Shown: positions 18,120 to 28,108, numbered from the stretch's first letter. The stretch: DNA of 64,000 nucleotides from Bacteriovoracaceae bacterium (GCA_028101965.1 JAOHMI010000002.1:13438-77437), one strand, 5' to 3'. Numbers and translations are program-made. The notes: generated by a model not told the origin, from the sequence alone.

Positions 18120-18602
18120 TTGCACCTCAGAAATTTAAACTTAATTGCTTTTATTATCATCTCCATCATAAGCCCATCCTTATACTCTGTCGTTGAATTT
18201 AAATCCAACATTTTCTTTTCCTTTGCGACAGTGGGCACCAATGATGCAATTAGTTCATCTCATAATACCTTGTTAATGGGGTCGGATAATGTGAAAGTTG
18301 GTGGTTACTTCGGTCATGAAAATAGGCATGGATCCACTACTGATACATCAGCTGGTGGGGCCATAAGAATTGGAGAAAATACATATTTTGAATTAAACGG
18401 AGGAGCTTTCAAAAGAACTTATAAGTATAATGAAACGGAGTTAGAAGGTGTTGGTGTTTCCGGAAACATCATATTAGGTAAGCATCTTTCCAAAAATGTT
18501 GGTGTATCTCTACTAGTTAATGGCAAACATATAACTAAAGGAATGGATAAGCGGTGGATTTATACTTTGCTTCCATATATCGGTCTAAGGACAAGTTTTT
18601 GA
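18120..18602 (+). CDS. Small outer-membrane beta-barrel-like protein
   Basis: TTG start 6 nt after AAGGA. Signal sequence. Gly-rich alternating strands. The C-terminus is ...GLRTSF. Confidence 0.45.
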   Translation: MHLRNLNLIAFIIISIISPSLYSVVEFKSNIFFSFATVGTNDAISSSHNTLLMGSDNVKVGGYFGHENRHGSTTDTSAGGAIRIGENTYFELNGGAFKRTYKYNETELEGVGVSGNIILGKHLSKNVGVSLLVNGKHITKGMDKRWIYTLLPYIGLRTSF

Positions 18603-19042
18603 TGAAAATTCTCATACTTTTTCTTGGATTAGGTTTTTTCAACTTTGGCCAAGCTTGGGAGCTTGAAGCGATTCCAGGAGTTACAGTCATTCAATTCGAT
18701 GAAGAAGATTACCAAGATTACAACACTGCTGGTGCCTCTGCTCGATTTAAAGCGAATTTTTACAATGGTAACAAGGGAGTATGGCTTCATAATCTATGGC
18801 GTGGTCAAAGTGTTGCCGCCTTTGATGCTATTCTAGGCTATAGTTATCGCTCTAGTGGTAGTTGGTATTTTGAAGCTGGTGCAGGCTTAGCTTATGGTGT
18901 TGCCTCTGGCGTTGGAGCAGGAGCTCTTCTAGGTACTGGTTTTAAAGCATCTGGAAATTGGTACGTTAGTGTTCCCGCAATTATCAAATCTGGTGGCTGG
19001 AGTTATTTATTGGTGACTCCCATGATTGGGTATAAGTTTTAA
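18602..19042 (+). CDS. Small outer-membrane beta-barrel-like protein
   Basis: The internal ATG at 18602 forms a TGATG overlap with the upstream stop. It gives MKILILFLGLGFFNFGQA. The C-terminus is ...MIGYKF. Confidence 0.5.
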   Translation: MKILILFLGLGFFNFGQAWELEAIPGVTVIQFDEEDYQDYNTAGASARFKANFYNGNKGVWLHNLWRGQSVAAFDAILGYSYRSSGSWYFEAGAGLAYGVASGVGAGALLGTGFKASGNWYVSVPAIIKSGGWSYLLVTPMIGYKF

Positions 19043-19044
19043 AA

Positions 19045-19644
19045 ATGAAACAGTCCTACCAAATTAATTTTTATTTTATAAAATACCTAGTCTTTTTTAT
19101 TTTGTTTTCCTGTGCCGATGGAAACAAAGAGGTTATCCACCAAGGTGAATGTGAGGGGTATGATAATTGGGAAGAATCTGATTATAAATTGCCTTGGCCC
19201 GTAGGTGACAGCTATAAAGTGCTTCAAGGAAATTGTTCTTCCTTTAGTCATATTGGAACGAATCGATTTGCCTATGATTTTGATATGTCTATAGGCTCTA
19301 CCATCACGGCCGTTAGAGCTGGAGAGGTTATTGAAGTGGAGGAGAGTTTTGAAGACGGGAATGGATGTCCGAATGCTAATATTATTAAAATTGAACATGA
19401 TGATGATACAGTCGCGGAATACCATCACTTGACTAAAGATGGAGCTCTGGTGGAGAAAGGTGATACAGTTGCTCAAGGAGATGAAATTGCCGAAAGTGGT
19501 AACACCGGCTGTAGCACAACACCCCATCTTCACTTTCAAGTTTGGATAGATAGCAATTACGAGGATACTATTCCTGTTAATTTCAGCAATACCGATTCAA
19601 ATCCGCGAGGCTTAGTGGAAGGTGAAGATTATGAAGCCGAATAA
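19045..19644 (+). CDS. M23-family (LytM-type) metallopeptidase lipoprotein
   Basis: Lipobox ILFSC. FAYDFDM...AVRAGEVIEVE...YHHL...GDEIAESGNTGCSTTPHLHFQV corresponds to the M23 HxxxD / HxH motifs. Confidence 0.8.
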   Translation: MKQSYQINFYFIKYLVFFILFSCADGNKEVIHQGECEGYDNWEESDYKLPWPVGDSYKVLQGNCSSFSHIGTNRFAYDFDMSIGSTITAVRAGEVIEVEESFEDGNGCPNANIIKIEHDDDTVAEYHHLTKDGALVEKGDTVAQGDEIAESGNTGCSTTPHLHFQVWIDSNYEDTIPVNFSNTDSNPRGLVEGEDYEAE

Positions 19645-20023
19645 TTAACCTGAATTCGGAATAAACGTCGCATCTCTGCGTCGCAGACTTTTATCATTTC
19701 GGTTATTATCCATATTATTGGTTTTCGGTTATCGAAAACCAAATAAGCAGTATGTATGCCAGGCGAAGCCAGGTGCACATACTTCTTTGTATGCTTCCTC
19801 AATAATAAAACCCAACTCCGATAGCTTCTTGTTTCTCCAAACTCAGGAGTATCTGCTTGTTATTTTTTATTTTTAACCCCGAACTGAGATTAATTAAATT
19901 CTACTATTCATGAGCAGTAAAGTTGTGACTCCTATCTTTTCTCGAGTTATATTTGATCATATAGACAATCTTAAAATCAAAATTAATAATTAAAGAGAAT
20001 GATTAATTTTAAAGGTGATTAAT

Positions 20024-20599
20024 ATGTTTATTATGAAGATTGCATATATTTTTCCATTTCTCTTTCTTCTTAATAGCTGTGCCAGTATTGATAAAAGTGA
20101 TTGCACTCAAGTCAATTGGGAGAACATGGGAGAAGAAGACGGCCGGATGGGTGCCACAACGAAAGCTAAGTTTTTAGAGTATCAAAAAAAGTGTAATGAG
20201 TTTGGAATTTCTGCAGATAATAAAGGGTACAAGAATGGTTATGCTCGTGGGATCAAAAAATATTGTACCTATGAAAATGGGTATGACGTAGGTTCAAAGG
20301 GAAAAGATCTTCCTGTTGTTTGTTCTCAATTACCTTCGAGAGAGTTTGCACGAGGACATAAGGCGGGTAAGTTATCCTATCAAGAAAAAAAGCAAAATGA
20401 TGAGATAATGAAATCTCACTCATTGTCTCTTGGAAAAGTTTTGGGGAAACAGAAAAAAAGAGCTTGTGACTGGAGTTCTGATTGTAAAATGACTGACCTA
20501 TGCAAGAATGCAAAATGTGCAAAGTCCAAAAAAGAATGTTCAATTAATTCAGAATGCACTCTTAACGGAAGATGTATTGGATCTAAATGTGAATTTTAA
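20024..20599 (+). CDS. Lipoprotein, DUF2799-like N-terminal region with a Cys-rich C-terminus
   Basis: ORF 20015..20599, with an ATG at 20024 after AAAGGTGA. Lipobox LLNSC. WENMGEEDGRMG...GYKNGYARGIKKYC repeats. Confidence 0.5.
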   Translation: MFIMKIAYIFPFLFLLNSCASIDKSDCTQVNWENMGEEDGRMGATTKAKFLEYQKKCNEFGISADNKGYKNGYARGIKKYCTYENGYDVGSKGKDLPVVCSQLPSREFARGHKAGKLSYQEKKQNDEIMKSHSLSLGKVLGKQKKRACDWSSDCKMTDLCKNAKCAKSKKECSINSECTLNGRCIGSKCEF

Positions 20600-20626
20600 T
20601 ATATTTTTAGCTATGATTATGAGCAA

Positions 20627-22159
20627 TTAGTCTTTCATTCGATATGATATTCTATCAATCGTTTTAATTTCACCATCTTTTGTAATTCTAAAAACTTCCC
20701 AATTATTATTTTCTAAACTTTGAGATCGTTTTCTTGTAAATTGAAATGTTTTTTTAAGTTTTCCATCAAAATACACATGTACTTTTGGATTGGCTATATT
20801 GATATCATTTATATTGACGTCGGTTCTATCAAACATATCTTCGTAGAAATGAACATCATAGAAATAATCATATTCTAAGGTATTGTTATTTCGAATTGGT
20901 ATTGTTATTGTTTCCGCTTTGACTCCAAAATCACGGTCATCCAAATCAAGAATATGGCCATCAATTTGTTCTGTAGCATAATTAAGTGTTATTCTCTTAT
21001 TGAAAGAATGTTCATTCAAGCTCAGATAGGCATCGAGGTCTTTTACTTTATTGTTTAGTCCATCCCAAGTAAGGATAATTGTAATTTTGTCTTTAGCAAA
21101 TGGGACTGGCAATATGGGTATTTTTATTTTTAGGTTGTTTTTATTGAATTCATATGTGGTTGAGAAGTATTCACCATTTATATCTTTTATTGTTAATTGT
21201 TTTGAGCTCAGATTCATCGGATTTGGAATATTAAACTTGCCCATATGATTCGTTGTAATCGAGATGCTTTTACCTTCGATTTGGTAAGTTACCTCTATCC
21301 CTTTTATAGGAGCACCCGTTTGAGCATCAATTACAATACCGTCTAAAGGGGGAGACTTGATAGCTCGTTTTAGACTAATGTCTTTTATTATTGTTTCTTC
21401 TTTAATGTTCGAAAATTTGATTTTAGTTTGAGTACCAATATATGTAGGATTTCGTTTATTTATTTTGATAAAAACTTCTTTCTCTTTTTTTAAGACTTTA
21501 AGAGAATAGAATCCATTTTTATCTGTATAGATTGTTTTATTTTTATTATTCGTTCTGTAATTAATTTTAACTTCGCCTAAAGGCATCTTTGAGTTTGAGT
21601 CAGTGATTCTTCCTTGTATTGTGATGGGTTGATTCCCTTTTCTAATTATATCTTTTTTTATTTCATCCCAAACTTTTGAAGACAAGAAAGGAACGATCCT
21701 TTCCCAGTCACCAGACTTAGATATTGGAGTTCTGAAATCTGAAGCTTTAGCATTGTCACAGATTACACTATCGTATACTTGATGAGTTGCATCGACAAAA
21801 CGAATTGAACTAGGCTTAACTTTGTCAATAATCGCAACCAAAAATGAAGAATTTCTCTGCCTTGAAGAAGCCAATATACTTTTCGATTTTGTTTTTAATA
21901 GATACGAGCAAACAATATCGGGGGGAGTCTGATTACTAATTAATAGGCGATTAAATAATTTTAGGTTTGTACTTCCATTAGGGGATTGCTCCACGTATGG
22001 GAAATAAAGTTGGACAAAGTTTGTTTTCAGAATTTCTTCTTTAGTTAAATTGATATTTTCGTGTGTTAAAACATAGTCGGTTGAACCTTGAGCGAAAAGG
22101 GAATTACTAAAAAGAATTAATGTGAAAATAAAAATGATGGATGCCTTAAATGGGATCAT
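20627..22159 (-). CDS. Secreted protein with two carboxypeptidase-regulatory-like (CarboxypepD_reg) domains and a YfaP/DUF2135-like C-terminus
   Basis: The likely start gives MIPFKASIIFIFTLILFSNSLFAQG. IQGRITDSNSKMPLGEVKI...TDKNGFYSL and DGIVIDAQTGAPIKGIEV...TNHMGKFNI are CarboxypepD_reg-like. The C-terminal LTWDG...DLDAYL...DLDDRD pattern is YfaP/DUF2135-like. Confidence 0.5.
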   Translation of the reverse strand: MIPFKASIIFIFTLILFSNSLFAQGSTDYVLTHENINLTKEEILKTNFVQLYFPYVEQSPNGSTNLKLFNRLLISNQTPPDIVCSYLLKTKSKSILASSRQRNSSFLVAIIDKVKPSSIRFVDATHQVYDSVICDNAKASDFRTPISKSGDWERIVPFLSSKVWDEIKKDIIRKGNQPITIQGRITDSNSKMPLGEVKINYRTNNKNKTIYTDKNGFYSLKVLKKEKEVFIKINKRNPTYIGTQTKIKFSNIKEETIIKDISLKRAIKSPPLDGIVIDAQTGAPIKGIEVTYQIEGKSISITTNHMGKFNIPNPMNLSSKQLTIKDINGEYFSTTYEFNKNNLKIKIPILPVPFAKDKITIILTWDGLNNKVKDLDAYLSLNEHSFNKRITLNYATEQIDGHILDLDDRDFGVKAETITIPIRNNNTLEYDYFYDVHFYEDMFDRTDVNINDINIANPKVHVYFDGKLKKTFQFTRKRSQSLENNNWEVFRITKDGEIKTIDRISYRMKD

Positions 22160-22479
22160 TGTTCCTGCCTTTAATTTAACTTTGAAGTGTGTATTTGAAC
22201 AATAAGTCATAAAATTATTTTTATAAATAATTTTTAATTGATATCTAGAAAGGTAAAAATATTAATCAGATTGTCACTTTTTGAGTATTAATTATTTTTT
22301 TATCGTGAAATTAAGTTTTAAGAATGTTTATTCTAAGGGAACTTAAGTCAAATAAATTAGACAATTTATTATAAGGATTTCTTATCATATATAATAAAAT
22401 TAAATATGTATAATTTCACTTTAGTCGGCTTTGGACTACCCATAAAAAAACGTATAAATAGCGATAATAAAAAATTATA

Positions 22480-24297
22480 TTAGCTACCAAGACGAATAGT
22501 AGATCTTTTGTTTTTCTCTAGAACTTTCTTTCTTAAGCGAATTATCTTTGGAGTAATTTCCACCCATTCATCATTATCAATCCAGTCCATGGCCTTCTCA
22601 ATAGTCAGGGTAGGAACAGGTGGGAGAATAATATTTTCATCTTTACCTGCAGTTCGCATGGAGGATAAGTGCTTCTCTCTAACTGGGTTTACATTAATAT
22701 CATTTTTCTTAGTGTGCTCTCCAACGATTTGTCCTTCGTAAACTTTATCACCAGGAGTTATAAGTTGTTTTCCGGATGAAAGTAAATTAAAGAGTGCATA
22801 TCCAGTGGCTTTACCAGGACGATCTGAAAGAATTGCTCCGTTTTGTCTAGAGAGCATGTCCCCAGCGTAATCACGATATTCTAAAAAGTGAGTGGAAAGA
22901 ATACCTTCACCTCGGGTATCAGTTAAAAATCGCGAACGAAAACCAATCAAACCTCGTGCAGGGATTTCAAAAACTAATCTATTTCTATCTTCACCCATAG
23001 GGTTTAATGAAGTCATCTTTCCTTTTCGGATAGAGAGTGTTTCTGTGATAACTCCAACGCAATCCATTGGGATATCCATGACCACTTCTTCATAAGGTTC
23101 TAGTTTTCGTCCATCTTCTTGTAAAAATAAAACTCTTGGACGGGCTACCATCAACTCATAACCTTTACGTCTAATCTCTTCAAAAACGATTGCCAATTGT
23201 AGTTCACCTCGTCCTTTAAGCTCAAACTCTTTAGGATCATCTGTTGCAGAATATTGTAAGGAAACATTTTGACGAGCGGCCATAACTAGCATCTCTTCAA
23301 GTTTTCGCCCTGTGAGATATTCACCTTGAGTACCTGCGCCAGGAGAAGTATTCACTGAAACTGTTACTGAAACAGTAGGCGGATCTACTTCTATTCTTGT
23401 GAGAGGATCAATTTTAGTTGGATCACAGACAGTGTCCCCAATATGGGCTCCTTCCATTCCTGAAAGAATTACTATTTCTCCAGCTTCTGCTGATTCAACT
23501 TCTTTCATTCCAAGAGCATCATAAATATGAATTGCACTTAACTTGAATTGAATATTTTTTTCCTTTCCAGTGGTTAGGATATATTGTTTATTTTTTTCCG
23601 CTGTTCCTCTTTTTATTCTTCCAACAACTTGTTGTCCTAGATAGCTTGAGTAAGTCAGGTTAGTGACGAGCATTTGTATTTCAGACCCTTCTTCAATTTT
23701 AGGGACAGGAAAAAAATCTGATATCATGAAATCAAGGATAGGGTGTAAATTATCACTTTCATCTTCAAGGTTTTGTTTGGCAAAGCCAAGTTTGGCTGAA
23801 GCGTAATAAAAAGGTATCTGTAAATCAAAGTCTTCTATTTCTAAAAAGGTAACAATATCTAAGAAAAGGTCTTCAATTTCTTGAATAACTTCTGAAATTC
23901 TTTCATCTGGACGGTCAATCTTGTTAATAACCACTCCAACTTTTATTCCTTGTTCGATGGCCTTAGATAAAACAAACCGAGTTTGAGGTAAAGGTCCTTC
24001 TGAGGCATCTACTAAGAGAAGTACTCCATCAACCATATTAAGAGATCTCTCAACTTCTCCACCAAAGTCCGAGTGACCAGGAGTATCTAACAAATTTATT
24101 TTATAATTCTTCCAATTAATAGCACAGTTTTTAGCGGTAATGGTTATACCACGCTCTCGTTCAAGCTCCCCCGAGTCCATGACTCGATCTTCTATTTCTT
24201 GTCTTTCGCTAAGAGTATCGGATTGCTTTAATAAGCCGTCTACAAGAGTTGTTTTGCCATGGTCAACGTGGGCCACGATGGCGATATTTTTTAACAT
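22480..24297 (-). CDS. typA: Translational GTPase TypA/BipA
   Basis: MLKNIAIVAHVDHGKTTLVD, DTPGH and NKID GTPase motifs, with BipA-like sequence over the full length. The preferred start is the ATG at 24297, 7 nt after AAGGA. Confidence 0.95.
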   Translation of the reverse strand: MLKNIAIVAHVDHGKTTLVDGLLKQSDTLSERQEIEDRVMDSGELERERGITITAKNCAINWKNYKINLLDTPGHSDFGGEVERSLNMVDGVLLLVDASEGPLPQTRFVLSKAIEQGIKVGVVINKIDRPDERISEVIQEIEDLFLDIVTFLEIEDFDLQIPFYYASAKLGFAKQNLEDESDNLHPILDFMISDFFPVPKIEEGSEIQMLVTNLTYSSYLGQQVVGRIKRGTAEKNKQYILTTGKEKNIQFKLSAIHIYDALGMKEVESAEAGEIVILSGMEGAHIGDTVCDPTKIDPLTRIEVDPPTVSVTVSVNTSPGAGTQGEYLTGRKLEEMLVMAARQNVSLQYSATDDPKEFELKGRGELQLAIVFEEIRRKGYELMVARPRVLFLQEDGRKLEPYEEVVMDIPMDCVGVITETLSIRKGKMTSLNPMGEDRNRLVFEIPARGLIGFRSRFLTDTRGEGILSTHFLEYRDYAGDMLSRQNGAILSDRPGKATGYALFNLLSSGKQLITPGDKVYEGQIVGEHTKKNDINVNPVREKHLSSMRTAGKDENIILPPVPTLTIEKAMDWIDNDEWVEITPKIIRLRKKVLEKNKRSTIRLGS

Positions 24298-24398
24298 GAA
24301 ATGTCCTTTGTGAATTATCACTTATTTTTAACAGAGAATTGAGAAAATAGACAGGGAATTGAAAAGATTTTTTTTAACATATTTTTAATAGTTAAACT

Positions 24399-25751
24399 CT
24401 AGACAGCTGGTCTTTTTTCCAGGGTTGAGAGTAAGAAATAAGCTAAAAAACATACGATAATAGAGGCAAAATAAGGGGCAGATAGGGCTAAATAGTGCTC
24501 AAAAATTGGATGAAGGATTAATCCCAGGATTAAAGTGACCAAAGGAGCTAAAATATGCCCTCGTTTTCCCCACAGGCCGAAGAGGGTAATCACAAGTATC
24601 CCAGCCGTTCCAAATGAAGAGGCCGTTTCCACTAATTGATATATTCCATCTGATGAATATGCAGTGGCAAATGAAAAGAGCGATAAAGTAATGAGCACGG
24701 TTCGAGATATCTTTAGCTTGAACTGGTCAGTTTTCTCTTTGATAAAGGGTTCTATGAAGTTTTGTTCGATCATGGCCGTGGAAGAGATTAATATTGAATC
24801 AATCGTGGCTAATATAGCAGATATAAGTGCCCCAATAAACAAGGGAGCAATGAAACTGGGGAGATATGTTTTAGCCAGGATAAATAAAAAATTCTCTGAA
24901 TTAGGGAGATCTTTGACAAGAGAGGGGCCCATCAAGCCAAGAAAAACCGGAATCGATCCAACAAAAAAATAGATTATACTTGAATAATAAGTGGACTTTA
25001 TGGCAATTGACTTATTTTTTGCGGCCAGGATTCGGGATATCAATTCAATGCTGACAAGGGAGCCGAATATGGGAATCATTAGTCGATCAATCCTTTGCCA
25101 AATATTTTCTCCAGGAGCGGTAAAACTTAATCGTTCAGGCGAAAGAGCAAGAGACCAATCGATCTCCAAGTTAAGAGTAATCACTAGGATTGCAATCAAG
25201 CCAATTGTTATAAGAATTCCTTGAATTAAATCGGTAATTATATCTCCAAGAAGGCCCCCTAAAAGGGTATAGGAAACTAATATAAAGAAACTAATTGAGA
25301 GGGTGATCTCTGGAGTTAAATCAGTGGCAAAGCTAATGATTTGTCCAAAAGCCTTTATTTGAGCCGCTCCCCATATTAAAGAGGAAGGCACTAGAATCAT
25401 GACTGATAATTTCTCAATGCTAAAGTGAAAACGAGATTTATAAAAATCCGCGAGAGTGACAAATTTAGAGGAATAAAACTTTCGGACAATGAGTAGCCCA
25501 AAAAGAAGAAGGCATAAGCTATATCCAATAGGATCTGCCCGTGATCCACTTAATCCATGAGTATAGACTTCTGAGGATGTACCAATGCAGGTTTCAGCTC
25601 CAAACCAAGTGGCAAAAAGCGAAAAGACAATTAAATAACTTGGTAGACTTCGTCCAGCTAGAAAAAAATCAGTATTGTTTTTTATACGGCGGCTAATCCA
25701 AAAACCAATGAAGAATTGCACGAGTAAAAAAAAGGTTAAAAAAGCCCACAT
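24399..25751 (-). CDS. Sodium:solute symporter (SSS) family transporter
   Basis: FFLAGRSLP motif. Polytopic 450-aa protein. Confidence 0.8.
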   Translation of the reverse strand: MWAFLTFFLLVQFFIGFWISRRIKNNTDFFLAGRSLPSYLIVFSLFATWFGAETCIGTSSEVYTHGLSGSRADPIGYSLCLLLFGLLIVRKFYSSKFVTLADFYKSRFHFSIEKLSVMILVPSSLIWGAAQIKAFGQIISFATDLTPEITLSISFFILVSYTLLGGLLGDIITDLIQGILITIGLIAILVITLNLEIDWSLALSPERLSFTAPGENIWQRIDRLMIPIFGSLVSIELISRILAAKNKSIAIKSTYYSSIIYFFVGSIPVFLGLMGPSLVKDLPNSENFLFILAKTYLPSFIAPLFIGALISAILATIDSILISSTAMIEQNFIEPFIKEKTDQFKLKISRTVLITLSLFSFATAYSSDGIYQLVETASSFGTAGILVITLFGLWGKRGHILAPLVTLILGLILHPIFEHYLALSAPYFASIIVCFLAYFLLSTLEKRPAV

Positions 25752-25832
25752 GATGAGTTCTATCCATGACTTTAAAATTTGATTAAAAGATTAGTTTAAT
25801 AAAACTGTGTAATAAGTACACTTTATTTTTTT

Positions 25833-27098
25833 GTGAACATGGAGTTTGCCTATGTACGATACAATTTCAACATCATGCTCAAAAAATATAATTTCCCATT
25901 TATGATCTGGTACATACTAGTGGAAACCGCTATCGCGCGTACTGCTTTTTATATGACCTATCCCTTTATTGCGATTCATTTAGCTGAGAAAAGTACTCTT
26001 AATCTAGGTGGTATTGGAGCCGTTTTAAGTTTAGGCCCTCTTATGTCCACGGTTATAAGTTTTTATATTGGATACCTCTCTGATTTAATTGGCCGGAAGG
26101 CCATATTATTCATGACTTTGATCCTTTGGTCGCTTATTTTCCTAGGATTCTCTCAAGCAAGCACGGTTTTAGAATATTCTTTACTTATGGCCGGAGTTGG
26201 TTTGGCGAGAGGGATATTTGAACCAGTTTCAGCTGCTTTGCAATCAGATTTAGCCCAAAAAGTTGATCCCAGTGGAGAAGTGAAGAAGAATTCATATCAT
26301 TTAAGATATTTTGCAATAAATATTGGAGCAGGAGTAGGTCCATTAATAGGTGCGGCACTCGTTTTGACAAATGCCAAGTTAATTTTTGTTGCATCTTCTA
26401 TTATATATTTATTTAGTGCAGTTCTCTTTTTAGCAGCGATCTACTATCAGCGAGATTTCTTGAGAAGTATTATTCCAAGCTCAAAAAATAAGATTACATT
26501 TGGGACTGTTGTGCAAACTGCAATTAAAGATAAAAAATTATTAATGTATCTCACGGCTTATTTTTTTATTAGTATGAGTCTATCCCAAATTGATTCCACT
26601 TTTCCTTTGTTTTTAAATAATACCTTTGCGGAAGAAGGAAAGTTACTTTTTGCTCGTTTAGTGAGCATGAATGGCTTTATTGTTGTGTTATGCTCACTGC
26701 CACTTTTGTCATGGTCCAAGAATTTCAATATCAATATTGGATGTTTTTGGAGCACAATAACCTGGGCCGTGGGGATTATTTTATTCGCGATTGGAAAAGA
26801 TCCCTTTGATTATTATGTGGCCATGGTGTTTATTACTTTAGGTGAAATTATCGTGTTTGCGAATGGATATCTTTTAATTGAAAATCTAGCTCCGGAGGAA
26901 ATGAAAGCCAGCTATCTAAGCACGATTAATTTAAGTGGATTGGGATTTGCTGTGGGTCCAGTGGTTGGTGCAACATTGTATGAATGGTATAATGTGAGCG
27001 TTGCTTTATTATTAATGAGCAGTTTCCTTATTTTTTCAGCTCTTATTTATTTAAAATTTTATTATAACGATTTATTAACACCTCAGGATGTGAAATGA
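25833..27098 (+). CDS. MFS transporter
   Basis: About 12 TM helices. The loop GYLSDLIGRKA corresponds to MFS motif A. The start is uncertain: GTG 25833, ATG 25839 or ATG 25875. Confidence 0.75.
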   Translation: MNMEFAYVRYNFNIMLKKYNFPFMIWYILVETAIARTAFYMTYPFIAIHLAEKSTLNLGGIGAVLSLGPLMSTVISFYIGYLSDLIGRKAILFMTLILWSLIFLGFSQASTVLEYSLLMAGVGLARGIFEPVSAALQSDLAQKVDPSGEVKKNSYHLRYFAINIGAGVGPLIGAALVLTNAKLIFVASSIIYLFSAVLFLAAIYYQRDFLRSIIPSSKNKITFGTVVQTAIKDKKLLMYLTAYFFISMSLSQIDSTFPLFLNNTFAEEGKLLFARLVSMNGFIVVLCSLPLLSWSKNFNINIGCFWSTITWAVGIILFAIGKDPFDYYVAMVFITLGEIIVFANGYLLIENLAPEEMKASYLSTINLSGLGFAVGPVVGATLYEWYNVSVALLLMSSFLIFSALIYLKFYYNDLLTPQDVK

Positions 27099-28105
27099 AC
27101 TATCTATTTGTCTTATTTATTTTAACCTTTAACCTTTTTGCTCAATTGGAAAGTAAAGAATGCCAAAAAGTAAAAGCAGCTTTTGATATTGGTTCTGGAA
27201 CCACTAAAATGAAAGTGGCCGTGGTGAATGATTGTTACCAATCAGTCGAGAAAGTTTTATTCAAAGCAAAAGAAAAAGTTAGCTATAAAGAGGATTTGGC
27301 CAAAAGCCCAAATCAAAACTTTTCACCTGAAATTCTTCAAGCAGGGAAAGCGGCATTAAAAAAATTAGTAAAAATGGCAAAAGAAGAATATAAGGCAACA
27401 GTTTTTAAAGGTGTGGCCACCAGTGCTTTTCGAGACTCTAAAAACTCATCTGAAATAATTGATTACGCCAAAGCAAAATTAGGTCTATCCGTGGAAATAA
27501 TAGATCAAAAGTTGGAAGCCAAACTTGGGTTTGCTGGAGTTTTAAGTACCGGAAAGTATAGCCCCAAAGATATTGTAGTTTGGGACATTGGAGGAGGCAG
27601 CATGCAAATGACTTCCTACTCTGGTAATAACAACTACCGCATGTACCTAGGGCAATTGGCATCGGTTCCCTTTAAGAATTATATTATTGAAAAATTGCAT
27701 AAAGATCATATTGAATATCGAATCACTCCAAATCCAATGGGCTGGAAAATTTCTCAAAAAGCCTTTAAAAAAGCTCGCCGAACCGCTCGCCGCAAGATTA
27801 AACGAAAACTAAAACGAAAAATAAAAAAAGGTAAAGTTACTGTAGTTGGAATTGGTGGAGTTCACAACTATTCACTTATGGGACAAATGGGATTGAAGGA
27901 TCAAGGAAGTTATACTTATAAGCAACTGCGAAACTGGAGTGTGCGAAATACTTTTCGAACAGATAAAGAAATTGGCGGGAAATATGCCTCGACCGATGCT
28001 AGTAATTTGATTCTTGTTCTTGGATTTATGGATGCACTTAAAGTTAAAGAAGTGGTGGTTGAAGATGTGAACCTGGCCGACGGTGTGCTCGTCTACTATA
28101 AATAG
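27095..28105 (+). CDS. Ppx/GppA-family phosphatase-fold protein with a signal-like N-terminus and a polybasic insert
   Basis: FDIGSGTTKMKVAVV, ATSAFRDSKN and WDIGGGSMQMT are actin-like ATPase phosphate motifs of Ppx/GppA. The gene shares an ATGA overlap with the MFS gene. Confidence 0.7.
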   Translation: MNYLFVLFILTFNLFAQLESKECQKVKAAFDIGSGTTKMKVAVVNDCYQSVEKVLFKAKEKVSYKEDLAKSPNQNFSPEILQAGKAALKKLVKMAKEEYKATVFKGVATSAFRDSKNSSEIIDYAKAKLGLSVEIIDQKLEAKLGFAGVLSTGKYSPKDIVVWDIGGGSMQMTSYSGNNNYRMYLGQLASVPFKNYIIEKLHKDHIEYRITPNPMGWKISQKAFKKARRTARRKIKRKLKRKIKKGKVTVVGIGGVHNYSLMGQMGLKDQGSYTYKQLRNWSVRNTFRTDKEIGGKYASTDASNLILVLGFMDALKVKEVVVEDVNLADGVLVYYK

Positions 28106-28108
28106 TAA

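Noticed and set aside
24298-24321. GTG-initiated 8-codon N-terminal extension of typA in the ORF track
   Set aside because: The ATG at 24297 has an AAGGA RBS at the correct spacing. It also yields the canonical MLKNIAIVAHVDHGKTT N-terminus.
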